From Macrostomum lignano (taxonomy: Eukaryota), in the NCBI GenBank assembly GCA_002269645.1, contig NIVC01000151.1, positions 62,001 through 126,000 of the forward strand: a stretch of 64,000 nt of DNA, written 5' to 3'. Positions 60,511 to 64,000 of the stretch are shown here, in pieces (within the stretch, counting starts at the first letter, position 1; each line of letters begins with the position of its first letter). The position numbers and the translations under genes were made by a program. A model generated the notes under the pieces. That model searched no databases. It was not told the DNA's origin and saw only the letters and a program-made list of their open reading frames with translations.

Positions 60511-63500
60511 AGGACATCAGGAGGTAATTGGGCTCAGCTAAGATTGCTAAGATGAGCATCAAGCTACTGTATAACATAAGCAGTGTTCGAAGCCTCATAA
60601 ACTCTCATCAACACGGGCAGTTTTATTAATACAGACTGCCATAGAAATCCAATGGCAGGCAATTCGAAATCGTCTCAGCAGTCAGAGTCCCGCCCCCCTG
60701 ATCCCGGAGATCTGGTGGGTGCATGCAGGTTCCCCCCGTCTTCAAGCGGATTAGAGAGCGGCAATCTGCCGCATCAATTCAGCGGCCGCTGGCGCCAACC
60801 GCCAAGCAGCTCAGGCGGGGGATTTTATTGCCTTCCCAAGCCCTGCTAACTCCATAAACAGCTCGAAGCAAACACTGGAATAGCGAAACCGCGGGTGCAG
60901 TTTCACTGCGCAGAACAAGTTGCTTCAGAAGATTGGCGTCTTGTTCTCTCGCAGTCTCACTCACCCCTGCCGCTCCGGAAGGCCCGGCACTTGCTTTCAC
61001 CGGCAGCCTCCGAGGCGCCGCCATTAAAAACCGACGACCTCGAAAACTTTTTAGAAGTTTGTCAGACACCCTCGGCCTTGCTCACCCGATTCTCTCCGCC
61101 TTGTTCTCTCGCTAGAGGACTCGGGAATCGCCCCCCCCCCTATCTCTGCTTGGCATCAGTGGGGGTTGGGCAAGTTTTCAAGTTTGAGAAATATACAGCC
61201 TTTTATATGCTGTGGAGCTTGAGCAATGAGCAGAGCAAGCCGGCTCGGTGACATTTATCTGCTTCTCTCTTGCCCGAGTGAGCCCATGGGCACAATGGGG
61301 TCACAATGGGACCCCTACAGCCGGGCCTTATCTGGCCACTAAATCTGCCCGGGCCCCGTGTCGGATTGTCGCCAAATCCGTTGATATTATCGCTTAAATT
61401 GTTAGAACTTGACGCCGGGGCAGACAGGGGGGGGGGCCGGGGCGCCTTCTGGCAGCTCACAGCCACCGCTTCCTTCATCCCCGCCGCCACTGCCACCGCC
61501 ACCTCATTCTGTCAAGTCGCCAGTCCAGACGGCGTCACCCCGGCGCAATCTGCGATGCTCCGCTTGCTGCTTTAGAGCTGCAGCTCTGGCTTCTTTTATA
61601 TGCAGGCTGTGAAGAGAGAGAGCAGAGATGTTGCAGAGGGCAGGGAGGCCCCGGCGCCGCGGGTGGCGCAGCTTTTGTGCTTCTTGACAAGCCTGTGTGA
61701 GCGTGTTCGAGAGTGTCCAATAGCTGCGCTCCACTTGTCAGACAACACAGCGCTGCTCAAGAGCTCACTCTGGGGCACTTGATGCCAGCAGCGGGGCGGC
61801 CAGGCGAGTTGCCTGTTTGTCCAACAAGCGAGCGCTGCAGAATTCGGGCAGGACAAACAGCCGTCTGTTGATGCTGCTGTCCTGAAACCCCGGGGAGTTT
61901 TCAGTTGGTGCCGAAGGGAGGCTGGCCAGGGAAGTTTATCCCAGCGTAAGTTCTGCGCCCAGACTAAAGAGATGGACGGCCACCAGCGCCACCCCCTCCC
62001 GGCTGGCGCCGCCCGGCTGCCAGCCTCCTGGAGCTGCGGGTTTTGTTTGCAGCCGGGGCTCCGTGGGGCCGTCGGAGCTTAGAGGGCCGGGCCGGGGCGT
62101 CACCCGCCTGAAGGAGAGGCTGGCGTGGCTCCGCCGTGCGGATGACAAACTCCATCAAAAAAGCATCAAAGATCTGACAGCGGTGAGAGTGAATAGCGCG
62201 ACCCGCGAACTGTTTGTGGCAAGTGCCGGAGTTTGGCAGCCCCGACATGCCGGGCACCCCAGTGCAAACAGACAGTGCTGGGTCTTTAATGCATTTGGTG
62301 AAGTGATTAAAACTCTTGAGCTGGCCTTGAGTCCTCACATATCAGAGCCTTATGGCCTCATCTGCAGAGATGTCGGCCCCGCAGACTCCGCCCCGCACAG
62401 TTGGGCACGCGAGCCCCGGCCGCCTGTGTTTATTTATTGTTCTCAGGTTCTGTCAACTCTCTTGGCTTTTTTCACCCCAGACAGACGAGCGGAGTTCAGG
62501 CACTCTGAGAAAATTTCAAGTGTCTCGAGATATTTTGAGCTCGCGGGAGGCCTCCTCAGGCGCCCCAGTCAAGTGGCTGGGCAAACAGCACCGCAGCGCC
62601 ACAGCTAAATGTCATCCCAATGGCGCCTTTGAGTCCCGATTGAGCAGCGCTTGATCTGGACAGCGATATCACTGCGGGCTCGTGTTTGCCAATGTCCCCC
62701 TTCCTTCCTCCAGAGAGGATCATCGGACCCGAGTGGGTATGCAGGCAGTTTTTAATCACTTCTCGGGTTGTGCGGGATGTGCCGAGAGCCACACCTGCTC
62801 CCCCCCCCCTGCTCGGCCCGGTATCGATCAGGTGCCGGACTCGCCTGAGATTGCGATCTGCCGGGCTGATGGGGGGTCGATGGTGCTGCGGGGAGTCTGC
62901 AGTTCGCTGCGATCCCAGCTGGCACAATGGGCGGGGGGATTAATGCGGCCCGATAGCCCCTCGATTTTCACCCCACCGCGGTGGTCATGCAGGAATTTGC
63001 GAATCCGAGCGGCCCGTGTTTTGCTTGCGGCCGGGCGGCTCCAGTCTGGCGGGAGACTTTTTAAATTGCTGCCCCCGCCGCTGCTTCCGCGCCGCTGCCG
63101 TGAAGAAGACAGGCGGCTGAGAGGCTGCTGGGGCGCCGCGGCCGACACTGCAAGTGCCACGGAGTGAAGCTGCATTGCGGCAAGGCAGCCAGAGGGAGGG
63201 GATGCAAGGGAGACAGGGGGAGGCCGCTATCTGCGGGAGGAGGGGAGGCCAACGCAAACAGATTGTCATCTTGAAGCGCCTCGCGGTCACAGGAGCGCCG
63301 AGTTGTCAAGCTAAAGCGCTAATCGAACCTGATAAGTGGCGTCCCCCTCGGTGCGGGACGGCGGCGGCTGCAGTGGGAGCGGAGGGGGGAAATTGATGGC
63401 CACCCGCCAATTCACTCGGCACAGCCAGCCTCCCGCATGTCTCCATCGCTCCCAGCAGCGCGTCTGTTTGCGTTCGCCTCTCCAGTTGTATGTCTTCTTC

Positions 63501-64000
63501 TTTTGCCCCTGTTTCTCTTTCTGTCTCTCTCAACGCGGGGGGGGGAGGCGAGGCGGACAGGTAAAGCGGGGGTCCCGCTGGTCCCGCAGTCAGCAGCTGT
63601 CATTCCCGGAGCTGTCGGCGTGGCGGCGCCGCCACCGCGGCCATTCAGCGGCTCGGCAGCCCGGCAGCAGCTCGTCCATCTTCGCCAGCGGCCTCCCGCG
63701 CCTTTTGTGCCCCCCCCCCTTGTTTCTCTCGTTGCCTTTTTTGCCTTTTAAATTTATAAATGAAGTGAAGCTGCAGATGCAGATTGGCCCATAGCCGGAT
63801 ATTTAGTCACCCAGTCTCCCGTGGATCTCCATCCTGAGAATGAGGTCAGGTGGCCCCCTGCAAGGGCCGCCCGCGGGCCCGCGAAGTGAAAGCAGAGGAG
63901 GAGAAACTGGCAGCCGCAGCCCTGAGCGATCACGAAAACATTTGCTCTGCTCTGCCCGGCTTCCCCACCTGGCGGATGCGCGCGGCTGAAAGGTGGAAGC

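Noticed and set aside
59820-64000. Second T-box exon (RMFP...)
   Set aside because: Not found in the remaining 4.2 kb, so it is presumed to lie beyond the window.

Overview
This is eukaryotic (metazoan) genomic DNA with GC-rich spliced exons, GT-AG introns and a different minisatellite in most introns and intergenic gaps. That style resembles a Macrostomum-like flatworm, but the taxon is an inference. Recognisable genes are CUEDC1 (+, 4 exons), a minus-strand run of TRMT12/TYW2, PPM1K, a DUF1295 steroid-5-alpha-reductase-like gene and an ankyrin-like gene, and exon 1 of a Tbx2/3 (omb-type) T-box gene (+). There are also a phase-consistent unknown 4-exon gene, a Gln-rich ORF and a possible secreted-peptide gene. 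Mobile DNA includes an internally deleted mariner, a decayed Crypton tyrosine-recombinase element, and a hAT transposase interrupted by a Ty3/gypsy element with a near-intact pol and a 106-bp 3' LTR. Older gypsy remnants carry a shared LTR-like cassette, and there are several MITE/foldback families. The most interesting signals are: (1) PPM1K and TYW2 have no start codon for their N-termini but have phase-0 splice acceptors, as expected if a spliced-leader AUG supplies the initiator inside an operon-like cluster; (2) a cassette at the same position in two diverged gypsy remnants keeps a three-way-junction fold with a compensatory base-pair change; (3) intronic minisatellites are built from splice-site-like units. 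No tRNA, rRNA, CRISPR array or canonical hammerhead ribozyme was found. Most long ORFs in the supplied track are repeat or antisense artefacts. All homology calls are by-eye motif recognition and no searches were run.
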